Source: a virus
Lineage: Duplodnaviria; Caudoviricetes
Virus record (IMG/VR): IMGVR_UViG_3300034108_000283
Coordinates: 51,897 to 115,896 of that record
Reading direction: 5' to 3' (one strand)
Length of the DNA: 64,000 bases
A program made the translations under genes and the position numbers. Numbering within the stretch: position 1 is the stretch's first letter; every line of letters starts with the position of its first letter. A model generated the notes under the pieces. That model worked only from the letters and a program-made list of their open reading frames with translations. It was not told where the DNA came from and searched no databases. This document shows, in pieces, positions 24,887 to 35,744 of this stretch.

Positions 24887-27091
24887 ATGAGTCAAATCTT
24901 TGAAGACATACCAACTTGGGATAATGGTAATTGGACTACCACATCTTTTGATAGCAGAGAAGAGTTTGCTACATATCTGCGCTCAATATTTAAGGAACCC
25001 GGTCAGTATGAGTTTGATGATGTTAGTACAGAGTTATTTGTATCAGAATCAAATAAGTTTAGAAAGCTTGGTATATATACTACAGCTCCTTTTAAGTCTA
25101 AAGACTTTATTAACTACTGGGATGACCAGAAAGCTAAATGCAGAAAAGGTGTGCTGATTAAACACGGGACTAAAGCTTGGTTCTTAGCAAGAGAGTACTA
25201 CATGTGGCTTAACTTCCTACCTATCTTTAACAAAGAGATACAACAATTTGGATTTGCTGATATCCGGGATGCTCAGTATCATATGGCTTTATATGAACTA
25301 TTAGCAGAACTAAACTATAAACATGTAGCTATCTTAAAGAAACGTCAGATAGCATCTTCCTACTACCATATGGGTAAGCTTATAAACCAGCAATGGTTTG
25401 AAGCCGGTGTTACTCTTAAAGTTGGAGCAAGTCTCAAGGATTATATAAATGAGAAAGGATCCTGGAAATTCCTACAGGAATATGCAGCATTCTTAAATGA
25501 GCATACTGCATGGTACCGTCCTATGTCACCAGACAAAGTAATGATGTGGCAACAAAAGATTGAGGTCAGAAAAGGTAATAGAAAAGCTGAGGTAGGTCTT
25601 AAAGGTACTATACAAGGTATGTCATTTGAGAAAGATCCTACAAATGGTGTAGGGGGTCCAGTTAAGTACTTCTTTCATGAGGAAGCAGGGATTGCTCCTA
25701 AGATGGATCAGACATATGAGTACATGCGTCCTGCCATGAGATCTGGTTTAATTACAACAGGGATGTTTATAGCTGCAGGATCTGTGGGTGACTTGTCTCA
25801 ATGTGAGCCATTAAGAAAAATGATTGTAAAACCTTTAGATAATGATGTGTATTCAGTAGAATCAAATCTTGTTGACTCTAAAGGTACTATTGGTTTATCC
25901 GGACTGTTCATACCTGAACAATGGTCAATGCCTCCATATATTGATAAATATGGTAACTCACTTGTTACTGAAGCCTTAGAAGCTTTAGACAAACAGTTTG
26001 AAGTTTGGAAAAAAGAATTAGACCCAGAGACATACCAGTTGAGGATTTCTCAGCATCCAAGAAATGTAGAAGAAGCATTTGCACATAGAACAGTATCTGT
26101 ATTCCCAACACATCTTGTTACAGCACAGGAAAGAAGAATAGAAGATAAAGAATATGCATATGAGTTCTTAGATATCTCAACAGATGAGAATGGGAAGCCT
26201 AGTGTTAAAGCATCTAATAAAAGACCTATAATGGAATTCCCTGTAACTAAGAATACAGAGGATAAAACAGGTGTACTTGTTGTATGGGAAAGACCAATAA
26301 AAGATCCTGCATTTGGACAGTATTATGCATCTATTGACCCCGTGTCTGAAGGTAAGACAACTACCTCAGAATCATTATGTTCTATATATGTAATGAAAGC
26401 ACCGGTAGAAGTAACTAAAGTAACAGGTACAGAGACAGAGACTTATATAGAACCAGATAAGATTGTAGCCGCATGGTGCGGAAGGTTTGATGATATTAAT
26501 AAAACACACCAGAGACTAGAGCTAATTATAGAGTGGTATAATGCATGGACAGTAATAGAGAATAACATCTCATTATTCATCCAGTATATGATATCTAGAA
26601 AAAAACAAAGATACTTAGTACCTAAGAGTCAGATTATGTTCTTAAAAGATTTAGGAGCTAATGCTAATGTATTCCAGGAATATGGCTGGAAAAACACCGG
26701 TACTTTATTCAAAGCTCACCTTCTTAGTTATGCTATAGAATATACTAAAGAAGAATTAGATATAGAAACAAAGACAGACGGTACTATAGTTAGAACTAAA
26801 TATGGTATAGAAAGGATTCCTGACCCTATGTTACTTAAAGAAATGAGAGCATATGCAGATGGAGTCAACGTGGATAGGCTAGTTTCATTCTGTGCACTTG
26901 TTGCATTTATGAAAATACAGCAGTCTAATAGAGGTTATACAAGAAGAACAATCATGGATGATGCAGCTAAAAACTTGCAAAAGTCAGAAAATTTGTTTAA
27001 ATTAAAGAGTAGTCCGTTCCGGCATATGGGTAAATCTTTTTATTCTGGAGGACAGGGATTTAAAAGATCCCCATTTAAGAATCTTAAATAA
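24887..27091 (+). CDS. terL: Terminase large subunit
   Basis: LKKRQIASSY Walker A-like motif, FFHEEAG Walker B, and RNase H domain (ASIDPV, IENN, NVDRLVS). Confidence 0.92.
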   Translation: MSQIFEDIPTWDNGNWTTTSFDSREEFATYLRSIFKEPGQYEFDDVSTELFVSESNKFRKLGIYTTAPFKSKDFINYWDDQKAKCRKGVLIKHGTKAWFLAREYYMWLNFLPIFNKEIQQFGFADIRDAQYHMALYELLAELNYKHVAILKKRQIASSYYHMGKLINQQWFEAGVTLKVGASLKDYINEKGSWKFLQEYAAFLNEHTAWYRPMSPDKVMMWQQKIEVRKGNRKAEVGLKGTIQGMSFEKDPTNGVGGPVKYFFHEEAGIAPKMDQTYEYMRPAMRSGLITTGMFIAAGSVGDLSQCEPLRKMIVKPLDNDVYSVESNLVDSKGTIGLSGLFIPEQWSMPPYIDKYGNSLVTEALEALDKQFEVWKKELDPETYQLRISQHPRNVEEAFAHRTVSVFPTHLVTAQERRIEDKEYAYEFLDISTDENGKPSVKASNKRPIMEFPVTKNTEDKTGVLVVWERPIKDPAFGQYYASIDPVSEGKTTTSESLCSIYVMKAPVEVTKVTGTETETYIEPDKIVAAWCGRFDDINKTHQRLELIIEWYNAWTVIENNISLFIQYMISRKKQRYLVPKSQIMFLKDLGANANVFQEYGWKNTGTLFKAHLLSYAIEYTKEELDIETKTDGTIVRTKYGIERIPDPMLLKEMRAYADGVNVDRLVSFCALVAFMKIQQSNRGYTRRTIMDDAAKNLQKSENLFKLKSSPFRHMGKSFYSGGQGFKRSPFKNLK

Positions 27092-27096
27092 GTGAT

Positions 27097-29847
27097 ATGC
27101 AAATAATAAACGCATTACAAGCTAAGAAAGGTGTCAAAGCTTCCCATAACAGAATGGGTAGTATTACTCAGCCTTTACAGTTTTTATTAAAAAAAGATAA
27201 AGATGATGAGTGGGCAGCATGGAACCTTGACTGGTTGGAGTGGAATGGTTTGAAACAAATCCGCAGAAATGCCCGCAGATTAATGAAGAACTACAAACTT
27301 GCAAAAGGTGTAATAGATAGATCAGATTATATAGTTGAAGAAGATAATGATTATAGAGATATAGTAGAAGTACTAACAAAAGAAGATGTATCTGCATTAG
27401 AGTTAAAGTTCTATCCTATCATCCCAAATGTTATTAATGTTCTAGTAGCTGAATTTGCAAAGAGATCAACTAAGCTTGTTTATAGAGCAGTAGATGAATA
27501 CTCTTATAATGAAATGCTAGAGCAAAAAAGAGTAGCTGTTGAAGAAGTTCTTTTAGCTGATGCTCAACTTAAAATTACTGCAGCTTTATTAGAACAAGGA
27601 TTAGATCCTGATTCTGAAGAAGCACAAGCAGAATTGAGTCCGGACAAACTTAAATCTCTTCCTGAAATAGAATCATTCTTTAAGAAAGACTACAGATCTA
27701 TGGCAGAACAATGGGCATCTCATCAACATAAAGTAGATGTTGAAAGATTTAAGATGGATGAGCTTGAAGAAAGAGGTTTCCGTGACATGCTTATTACAGA
27801 TAGAGAGTTCTGGCATTTCCGCATGATGGAAGATGATTATGAAGTAGAGTTGTGGAACCCGCCTATTACATTTTATCACAAGTCACCGGATGCTAGATAT
27901 ATATCACAAGGTAACTGGGTAGGTAAGATAGATATGATGACTGTAGCTGATGTAATTGACAGATATGGTTATGCTATGACTAAAGATCAATTAGAGGCTT
28001 TAGAAGCAATCTATCCTATTAGATCTGGTGGTTATATAGTTGGTGGTTATCAAAATGATGGTACATACTATGATGGAACCAAAAGTCATGAGTGGAATGT
28101 TAACATGCCTTCATTAGCATACAGACAGTATACCACAATGCGTGCAGGATCAGTGCTAGATGGAGGAGATATTATAGCTCAAATAATGTCTGAGGGAGAA
28201 GATTACTTTGATCAAGGTACTGCATATTTATTAAGAGTAACTACAGGTTACTGGAAGTCTCAGCGGAAGATTGGACATCTTACTAAAATAGCTGAGAATG
28301 GTGAAGTTATAAATGAGATAATAACTGAAGACTATAAAGTAGAAGACAAACCTGTCTATGATACTAGATTGTTTAAAAACAAAACAAAAGATAATCTAGT
28401 ATATGGAGAACATATTGATTGGATCTGGATTAATGAAACTTGGGGTGGTATAAAGATTGGCCCAAACATACCTTCATTCTGGGGTATGAATAATCCAGGA
28501 GGATTTTCACCTGTCTATATTGGTGTAGACAAGAATCATATTGGACCATTAAAGTTTCAGTTTAAAGGAGACAGTACTTTATATGGTTGTAAGTTACCGG
28601 TGGAAGGTGCTGTGTTCTCAGATAGGAATACTAAGTCAACTGCATTACTTGACTTAATGAAGCCATATCAGATTGGTTACAATATAGTTAACAATCAGAT
28701 TGCAGACATCTTAGTTGATGAGCTTGGTACTATCATTATGTTAGATCAGAACACTCTTCCACGACATTCACTAGGAGAAGATTGGGGTAAAGGAAACTTG
28801 GCAAAAGCATATGTAGCTATGAAAAATTTCCAGATGCTTCCTCTAGATACATCTATTACAAATACAGAGAATGCATTAAACTTCCAGCATTTCCAAAAAC
28901 TTGATCTATCTCAGACAGAAAGATTAATGTCTAGGATTCAGTTGGCTAATCACTTTAAGCAACAGGCTTATGAAGTTATAGGGGTAAACCCTCAAAGGAT
29001 GGGACAGCAGTTATCTCAAATGACAGCTACCGGAGTAGAACAAGCTGCTGCAGCATCATATGCTCAAACAGAAGTATTCTTTATTCAACACTGTGATTAC
29101 TTAATGCCTAGGGTGCATCAAATGCGTACTGACCTTGCTCAATATTATCATTCTACAAAACCATCTACTAGATTAAGTTATATCACAGGAGCTGATGATA
29201 AAGTTAATTTTCAAGTAAATGGAACTGATTTACTTTTGAGAGACCTAAATATATTCTGCACAACTACGGCAAACCATAGAGCTGTGTTAGAACAATTAAA
29301 AAGCATGGCAATGCAGAATAATACTACAGGAGCCTCTATATATGATCTTGGTAAAGTTATTCAGTCTGATTCTATTTCTGAACTTAATAATGCACTTAAG
29401 TCATCTGAAGAAAAACAATCACAACAAAAACAACAAGAGCAACAGTCTGCACAACAAATGCAGCAAGAACAACTTGCTTCAGCTGAAAAACAAAAACAGA
29501 TGGAAATCCAAGCTGCTGCTGAAAGAGATGATAAGATGATTCAGAAAGATATTACAGTAGCTGAAATTAGAGCTTCTGGATATGGTGCTATGGCAGATGT
29601 AAATCAAAATCAAGTATCTGACTTCCAAGATGCTATGAAGGATATAAGACAAACTGAACAGTATGAATCACAAATGAACCTTCAGAGAGAAAAGCAAACT
29701 AATGAGAATTACAGAGAAACTCAAAAGATAGATATTGAAAGACAAAAACTTAATGTGCAAAGAGAAATAGCAGATAAGCAGTTACAAATAGCTAGAGAGA
29801 ACAAAAATAAGTTTGACAAGCCAAATAAAAATGATAAGAAAAAATAG
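27097..29847 (+). CDS. Portal protein
   Basis: 916 aa directly after TerL; YPIIPNVINVL motif and a long Q/E-rich C-terminal coiled coil; crAss-like order. Confidence 0.88.
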   Translation: MQIINALQAKKGVKASHNRMGSITQPLQFLLKKDKDDEWAAWNLDWLEWNGLKQIRRNARRLMKNYKLAKGVIDRSDYIVEEDNDYRDIVEVLTKEDVSALELKFYPIIPNVINVLVAEFAKRSTKLVYRAVDEYSYNEMLEQKRVAVEEVLLADAQLKITAALLEQGLDPDSEEAQAELSPDKLKSLPEIESFFKKDYRSMAEQWASHQHKVDVERFKMDELEERGFRDMLITDREFWHFRMMEDDYEVELWNPPITFYHKSPDARYISQGNWVGKIDMMTVADVIDRYGYAMTKDQLEALEAIYPIRSGGYIVGGYQNDGTYYDGTKSHEWNVNMPSLAYRQYTTMRAGSVLDGGDIIAQIMSEGEDYFDQGTAYLLRVTTGYWKSQRKIGHLTKIAENGEVINEIITEDYKVEDKPVYDTRLFKNKTKDNLVYGEHIDWIWINETWGGIKIGPNIPSFWGMNNPGGFSPVYIGVDKNHIGPLKFQFKGDSTLYGCKLPVEGAVFSDRNTKSTALLDLMKPYQIGYNIVNNQIADILVDELGTIIMLDQNTLPRHSLGEDWGKGNLAKAYVAMKNFQMLPLDTSITNTENALNFQHFQKLDLSQTERLMSRIQLANHFKQQAYEVIGVNPQRMGQQLSQMTATGVEQAAAASYAQTEVFFIQHCDYLMPRVHQMRTDLAQYYHSTKPSTRLSYITGADDKVNFQVNGTDLLLRDLNIFCTTTANHRAVLEQLKSMAMQNNTTGASIYDLGKVIQSDSISELNNALKSSEEKQSQQKQQEQQSAQQMQQEQLASAEKQKQMEIQAAAERDDKMIQKDITVAEIRASGYGAMADVNQNQVSDFQDAMKDIRQTEQYESQMNLQREKQTNENYRETQKIDIERQKLNVQREIADKQLQIARENKNKFDKPNKNDKKK

Positions 29848-29937
29848 ACTTAGCTATATAGTGCAAAAAAATATCTGAAGTCTTTTAAATTTATCAAGTT
29901 TATTTTGTATATTAAAGTATAATTAAAAACCAACAAC

Positions 29938-31203
29938 ATGGAAACAACCAACAATCCAACTGGGGAAACCCAGGTTCTTGATACTACAAAGGTAGATCAA
30001 GTAGATGTAAACATTGATGAGATCTTTGGTATGCCGGGTGCAGAAAGTGTAATGCTTCCTGAAGATGGTAAAGCTGAAGAGAAACCTAAAAATCTATTTT
30101 CTAAAGAAGAAGTAGATACTACGTTCCTTGACAACCCCAAGGCTACTCCTGAAGAAAGACAGGAAGCTAAGGAAAAGAAAGCAGAAGTTGAAGAAACAAT
30201 AGCTGAACTTGATGGCTTAATTTCTCAAGAAGAAGATGCTGGTAACAAAGGTAGACCTAAAGTAGATAAGTCAGGTCTTGCTGAGCTAGCAATTAAAATG
30301 ATTGAGGAAGGTACATTAATTCCTTTTGATGATGATAAACCATTAGAGGATTATACTACTAAAGATTTCAGAGAGTTATTTGAAGCAAACTTCCAAGAAA
30401 GAGAAAATAAAGTTAGAGAAGACACACCAAAAGAATTCTTTAACTCTCTTCCAGAAGAACTTCAAATTGCAGCCAAGTATGTTGCTGACGGAGGTACAGA
30501 TCTTAAAGGTCTGTTTAGAACATTAGCTTATGTAGAAGAAATAGTACAACTAGATCCTACAAGTGAGAATGATCAAGCAGAAATTGCAAGACAGTATTTA
30601 TACGCAACACAATTTGGTACTCCAGAAGAAATTGAATCTGAGATAGATGATTGGGCTGATATGGGTAAACTTGAGCAAAAAGCTAAACAGTTTAAACCTA
30701 AGTTAGATCGTATGCAAGATGAGATTGTAGCAAATCAACTTGCAGAACAAGAAGCTAGAAAAGAACAACAGGCTAAACAAGCTAAACAATATACAGATAA
30801 TGTATATAATACTTTAGCAACTGGTGAGATAAACGGTGTTAAGCTTGACAAAAAAATTCAGAGTATGTTATACTCAGGATTAGTTCAGCCTAACTACCCT
30901 TCAATTTCTGGTAAACAAACAAACATGCTTGGACATTTACTTGAGAAATATCAGTTTATTGAACCAAGACATGATCTTATTGCTGAGGCACTTTGGTTAC
31001 TTGCAGATCCAGATGGATATAAAAGTAAACTAAAAGACCAAGGTGGTAAAGCAGCTGTAGAAAAAACAGTAAGACAATTAAAGACAGAGGAGTCTAGGAA
31101 AATCTCTTCATCTTCTAGTACTGATGAGTATGAAGAACAAAAGAGAGGAACCGCAAAACCTCAAAGAACCATCTCAAGATCTAATATGTTCAAGAGATTT
31201 TAA
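29938..31203 (+). CDS. Putative scaffolding protein
   Basis: Acidic helical protein between portal and MCP. Confidence 0.65.
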   Translation: METTNNPTGETQVLDTTKVDQVDVNIDEIFGMPGAESVMLPEDGKAEEKPKNLFSKEEVDTTFLDNPKATPEERQEAKEKKAEVEETIAELDGLISQEEDAGNKGRPKVDKSGLAELAIKMIEEGTLIPFDDDKPLEDYTTKDFRELFEANFQERENKVREDTPKEFFNSLPEELQIAAKYVADGGTDLKGLFRTLAYVEEIVQLDPTSENDQAEIARQYLYATQFGTPEEIESEIDDWADMGKLEQKAKQFKPKLDRMQDEIVANQLAEQEARKEQQAKQAKQYTDNVYNTLATGEINGVKLDKKIQSMLYSGLVQPNYPSISGKQTNMLGHLLEKYQFIEPRHDLIAEALWLLADPDGYKSKLKDQGGKAAVEKTVRQLKTEESRKISSSSSTDEYEEQKRGTAKPQRTISRSNMFKRF

Positions 31204-31231
31204 TTAGTAACAATTTAAATAACAAATAAAA

Positions 31232-32851
31232 ATGGCAACTCCAGTTTTAAACAATGGTATATTTCTACGGGATACCAACTACAATGCTAGTTCACACGTA
31301 GACTCTTACCACTTGGTTAACATGTTGAAGGATGCAGAACCAATGGATCTAGGTCCAGTGGACCTTTGGGCTATGGCTCAAAAGGTAGAAATGCCTCTTT
31401 ACCAAATGTCTAGCTTTGGTGGTAAAAATGTAATTATGGTTGATAACGCTCGTGGTGAGTATAAGTGGCAGACTCCAGTGTCTGTAGACTTAGCTTACAT
31501 CATTGAGGATATTGAACCAGATAACACTTTCAAAGGTGTGGATGGAACAACTTTCCGCCTTAAGTTAAGCCGCAGAGAATTTGGACATGGTGACATCATC
31601 ACATATGACAAATACAATGGAGCTGAGATGTATGTTGTACCTACAGAAGATATCCTTCCTATTGGAGATGGATACATCTATACAGTACAATTAGTAGACA
31701 ATGACAACTACAAATACTTAGACAACAAGTATTTGGCTAATGGTACTAAAGTTTTCCGTAAAGGTTCTGCCCGCGGAGAGTATGGTGAAAGATTTTCTGA
31801 CATCCAAACAAGAGCAGGATTCCGTGAATTCTACAACTTTGTTGGTGGTGCTGAAGCTCACGTTCACTATTCAATCTCTAGCCGTGCTGACTTGATGATC
31901 AAAGGTGGAATGAATGCAGATGGTACAGTTCCTGTAACTGAGATCTGGAGAACATTTGACAAAAACATTGATCCTTCAATTACATCATTAGATGATATGG
32001 TTAAGGTAATGGGTAAAGATAAAGTTAAAAAAGCATTTGACAATGGTGATTTGTCACGTACATTCTTAACTACAATGGAATCTGCTCACTTAGCTAAAGT
32101 TGCTACTGACATTGAAACTTACTTAATGTGGGGACAAGGAGGTAGAGTACGTCAAGATGGTCCAGATGATATCAGATTGTCTGTAGGTCTTTGGAAACAG
32201 TTGGATAACTCTTTCAAAAGAGTATACAACAAAAATAACTTTACACTTGATTTGTTCCGTGGAGAGATCTACAACTTCTTCAATGGTAAGGTTGAGTTCC
32301 AAGGTCCAGATCCAAAACGCTCACTAGTTGTACAAACTGGTATGGGTGGTATGCGTATGGTAAATGAAGCTATCAAAAGAGAAGCAGTATCTTCAGGTCT
32401 ATTGATTCAGGCTGCTGATATCGGTGCAATCACTGGTAAAGGTATGGACTTGAACTTTGGATTTGCATACACTTCTTATGTGATTCCTTTCTTGGCAAAT
32501 GTTAAGTTTGTATTGAACCCAGCATTTGACAATGTTCATACAAATGATATTGAGAACCCGATCATTGATGGTTTCCCATTATCTTCTTACTCATTCATTA
32601 TCTTTGATATCACTGACAATACTAATGACAACATTTTCTTGTTGAAATTGTCTTGGGATAATCAATTGAAATGGTGGTATCAAAATGGTACTATGGACTA
32701 CATGGGACGTACACAAGGATTCCAGTCTTCTGGACAATTCAATGGGTACCGTGTTATGATGTCTCAAACAATGCCAGCTATCTGGGTTAAGGATCCAACT
32801 AAAGTCCTTAAGATTGTTATGAGAAACCCAATCACTGGTGGATCATTCTAA
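31232..32851 (+). CDS. Major capsid protein (crAss-like)
   Basis: 539 aa, strongly biased codon use, follows portal/scaffold and is followed by a strong terminator. Confidence 0.88.
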   Translation: MATPVLNNGIFLRDTNYNASSHVDSYHLVNMLKDAEPMDLGPVDLWAMAQKVEMPLYQMSSFGGKNVIMVDNARGEYKWQTPVSVDLAYIIEDIEPDNTFKGVDGTTFRLKLSRREFGHGDIITYDKYNGAEMYVVPTEDILPIGDGYIYTVQLVDNDNYKYLDNKYLANGTKVFRKGSARGEYGERFSDIQTRAGFREFYNFVGGAEAHVHYSISSRADLMIKGGMNADGTVPVTEIWRTFDKNIDPSITSLDDMVKVMGKDKVKKAFDNGDLSRTFLTTMESAHLAKVATDIETYLMWGQGGRVRQDGPDDIRLSVGLWKQLDNSFKRVYNKNNFTLDLFRGEIYNFFNGKVEFQGPDPKRSLVVQTGMGGMRMVNEAIKREAVSSGLLIQAADIGAITGKGMDLNFGFAYTSYVIPFLANVKFVLNPAFDNVHTNDIENPIIDGFPLSSYSFIIFDITDNTNDNIFLLKLSWDNQLKWWYQNGTMDYMGRTQGFQSSGQFNGYRVMMSQTMPAIWVKDPTKVLKIVMRNPITGGSF

Positions 32852-32869
32852 CCAGGACACTATAAAAAC

Positions 32870-32898
32870 AGGGAGGGGGAAACTCCTCCCTTTTTTTT
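32870..32898 (+). terminator. Intrinsic terminator after MCP
   Basis: AGGGAGG-GGGAAACT-CCTCCCT followed by a T-tract. Confidence 0.85.
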
Positions 32899-32946
32899 AA
32901 TTAAAAAAAGTATTAAATTTAACCAACAAAATAAAAACCAACAACA

Positions 32947-33963
32947 ATGGAAAATTTCACAATGGTTGAGACCGGTAAGGGCTCAGTAAGAAAAACGGCT
33001 ATTGCAGTCCGTCCGTTCTTTGACAGTAGATCTTCTAACATGGGATTAGAAGAATATGGTATGACTCTATTTGATGGAGTTACCCATACAGAGCAACTTG
33101 CTTGCTTAGAAAACAATGGTGTGACTAGGTATATCACTGGTCTTAATGAATATGCACCAGAGATAAAACTATTAGATTCTGATACAAGAGAATCTAAAGT
33201 AAAAGCAATCAGAGAAGCTGTAGCTGAACTTGAAAAAGAATTAGCTGCAAATATGCTTAATCCTGAAGACATAGATTTTTGGAATAAAGTAAAATTACTT
33301 TCTCCAAGTAACTCTGACTTCTGGAATAAAATTACATTAGCTTGTGGTAATGAACCAGTATACTTGGATCCAAAAGATCCATTTGATAGAATCAAGCTTT
33401 ATGCTATTGAAGCCGGTGGCTTTTCAATTGTAGCAAAAAGTTTTGATGATGCTAGATCAAAACCAGTACCACCAAAGTTTTATCTTGATAAAGAAGAAGA
33501 AACTGTAATGGTAAGAACTGAATACAAGAAGTTGCGTAACAAAGCACTTTCTGAACTTCAGAAATTATTTGACAAAAACAGTACTAAGTTATTCTACATT
33601 GCTAAAGTTGTAGATATCAGTAGTACACAATATAGAAAGTCTACACCAAATGATGTTATATATGAGAACATGGACTTATACATCAATGGTGAAGGTGGAG
33701 AAACCAACAAAGAAAGAGCTGCTAAATCATTTATGGAAGCAGCAAATATGGACATGGAAGCACTAAAAATTAAATCAATTGTACGTGATTCCAGTTTTTT
33801 TAAGTATATTATAAGTAAGCCAGATGGTTATTTATATCATAGTAAGTCTAGTAGCTTACTTGGTAGAAATGTATCAGATGTTATTGAGTACTTGAAGAAC
33901 CCTCTAAATGAGGATATTTTAAAAGATCTCAATGCTGCTTGTGAGAAGTATTGGAACTCTTAA
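32947..33963 (+). CDS. Conserved crAss-like protein downstream of MCP
   Basis: 338 aa; conserved position. Confidence 0.7.
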   Translation: MENFTMVETGKGSVRKTAIAVRPFFDSRSSNMGLEEYGMTLFDGVTHTEQLACLENNGVTRYITGLNEYAPEIKLLDSDTRESKVKAIREAVAELEKELAANMLNPEDIDFWNKVKLLSPSNSDFWNKITLACGNEPVYLDPKDPFDRIKLYAIEAGGFSIVAKSFDDARSKPVPPKFYLDKEEETVMVRTEYKKLRNKALSELQKLFDKNSTKLFYIAKVVDISSTQYRKSTPNDVIYENMDLYINGEGGETNKERAAKSFMEAANMDMEALKIKSIVRDSSFFKYIISKPDGYLYHSKSSSLLGRNVSDVIEYLKNPLNEDILKDLNAACEKYWNS

Positions 33964-33975
33964 ATTTAAAATAAA

Positions 33976-35388
33976 ATGGCAAATAAAAAAACTACTACTA
34001 AGTCTAATACAAAGTCTGGTAGTAACTCTAATTCTACTATCAAACCAGCTAGTGGTAAGATAGTTCCTGTTAGTGGTAAGATACAACCTGTTAGTTATAA
34101 ACCGGCAGGATCATCTGTAAAGAAATCTACTAGCAGTAAACCTTCTAGCAGTAAGCCTTCTACATCTAATACAGCAAAATCTAAAGTAACAGATAAAAAA
34201 GTTGTTAAAAAAGATGGGCAAACAACTGTAACTTATAAAACTCCTTATAAAGGAGTTATTGGTACATATCCTTCTAAAGTTAGGAAGATATATGATAGTA
34301 AAGGTAATCTTATAAAAGGTAATCAGCGGGTTGAAGGTAGTTATGGATCTTATAAAGATATTGGTATCAAAGGTAGCAAAAAAGCTGCACCTATTAAGAA
34401 GACAACTCCTAAGCCAAGTGCTCCTGCTAAAACAGCTCCTAAAAAAACTAGTACTCCTAAATATGTAGAGCCAGGTACTAAAGAGTATTGGGCAATGACT
34501 CCAGACCAAAGGAATGCTAATACAATGATTAATGTAAAAGAAAGCATTAGTGGAGGTCCTAAGAAAACAACAACAACTAAGAAGTCTACTACTCCAAGCA
34601 AACCTACACCTAGAATAGCTAAAGCTCCAGAAAAGAAACCTATAGTTAGTGGTAAAAATGTTACTTCAAAACAAGGAGCAGCAAAAATCAAAGGTATTGT
34701 AGAAGGTTTGGAAAGACCAACTGCAAAGAAGACAACTACTAAAGCAAAACCAGTAGCACCTAAAATGGCTACAACTATTGGTTCTGCAAAAGTTTCTGTA
34801 CCTTCTAAAGGTAAAGTTAAAATAGAACCAAACTTAGGTAAACCAAAATCATTTACACCACCTAAGACTGAGACTAAACCTAAAGTACAAACTGCGCCAA
34901 AACCAGAACCAAAACCTGAACCAATCAGAATGGAAATGATTCCATTGGCAACAGTAGCTAAACAACTTTCAGATTCTCAGCGTGAAAAACTTCCTTCAAC
35001 TATTGAAATTCCTAAGTCTGTAGCAACAACTGCTAAAACTCCTGCACCAGCAGAAGAGAAAAAAGGTTTGTTTGCAAGAATGAAAGAGAGAAGAGAAGAA
35101 AGAAGAGCTGAGAGAAAAGCTGAGAAAGAAGCTGAAAAAACTGCAACAGCAAAAATGAAAAAAGGAGGAATTATGAAAAAGTATAAAACAGGTGGGATGG
35201 TAAATCCTAATGCTAATTTACAAGCTGCTAAAAAAGCTGGTAGCAAAGGTGTTATGCATAGTTTAAGTGCTAAAGCAATAGTACAAAAAATAGCTAAAGG
35301 TAGATCAGGTGGAACTAGTGCAGCTCCTAAAACTGCAACACCTAAAGCTAAGTATGGTATGTCAATGACAAAAATGAAAAAGAAGTAA
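33976..35388 (+). CDS. Lys/Pro/Thr-rich low-complexity basic protein
   Basis: Histone H1-like composition; MKKGG and YKTGG motifs. Confidence 0.75.
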   Translation: MANKKTTTKSNTKSGSNSNSTIKPASGKIVPVSGKIQPVSYKPAGSSVKKSTSSKPSSSKPSTSNTAKSKVTDKKVVKKDGQTTVTYKTPYKGVIGTYPSKVRKIYDSKGNLIKGNQRVEGSYGSYKDIGIKGSKKAAPIKKTTPKPSAPAKTAPKKTSTPKYVEPGTKEYWAMTPDQRNANTMINVKESISGGPKKTTTTKKSTTPSKPTPRIAKAPEKKPIVSGKNVTSKQGAAKIKGIVEGLERPTAKKTTTKAKPVAPKMATTIGSAKVSVPSKGKVKIEPNLGKPKSFTPPKTETKPKVQTAPKPEPKPEPIRMEMIPLATVAKQLSDSQREKLPSTIEIPKSVATTAKTPAPAEEKKGLFARMKERREERRAERKAEKEAEKTATAKMKKGGIMKKYKTGGMVNPNANLQAAKKAGSKGVMHSLSAKAIVQKIAKGRSGGTSAAPKTATPKAKYGMSMTKMKKK

Positions 35389-35726
35389 TGCCAAAAGATT
35401 CTTGCTATCATAGTGTAAAAGCACGGTATGCCGTGTTCCCTTCAGCTAGGGCTTCTCAAGCTATTGCCAAATGCCGTAAAGGTAAAGGTCAAGTAAGAAA
35501 GACTACTAAGGGCACTGAACTAAAAAGATGGCAAGCAGAAAAATGGCAAGATACAAAATCTGGAAAACCTTGTGGTGCCGGTGGTAAAAATGAATACTGC
35601 CGGCCTACAAGAAAAGTATCTAAGGATACACCAAAGACTAAGTATGAACTGACTCCTTCTAAACTAGCTGCTAAGAAAGCTGAGAAGTCTAGAGTAGGTA
35701 TGGGAAGAAGAGTTAAAAAAGTATAA
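35388..35726 (+). CDS. Small basic conserved viral protein (DUF5872-like)
   Basis: CYHSVKARY.VFPSA.AS....KCRK, LKRW..EKW.D, YCRP..KVS..TPKT. Confidence 0.7.
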   Translation: MPKDSCYHSVKARYAVFPSARASQAIAKCRKGKGQVRKTTKGTELKRWQAEKWQDTKSGKPCGAGGKNEYCRPTRKVSKDTPKTKYELTPSKLAAKKAEKSRVGMGRRVKKV

Positions 35727-35744
35727 CTTTTAAAATTAAATATT

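Noticed and set aside
24887-32851. Introns or inteins in terminase, portal or MCP
   Set aside because: ORFs are continuous and of ordinary size, with no intein-like C...HN insertion noticed.
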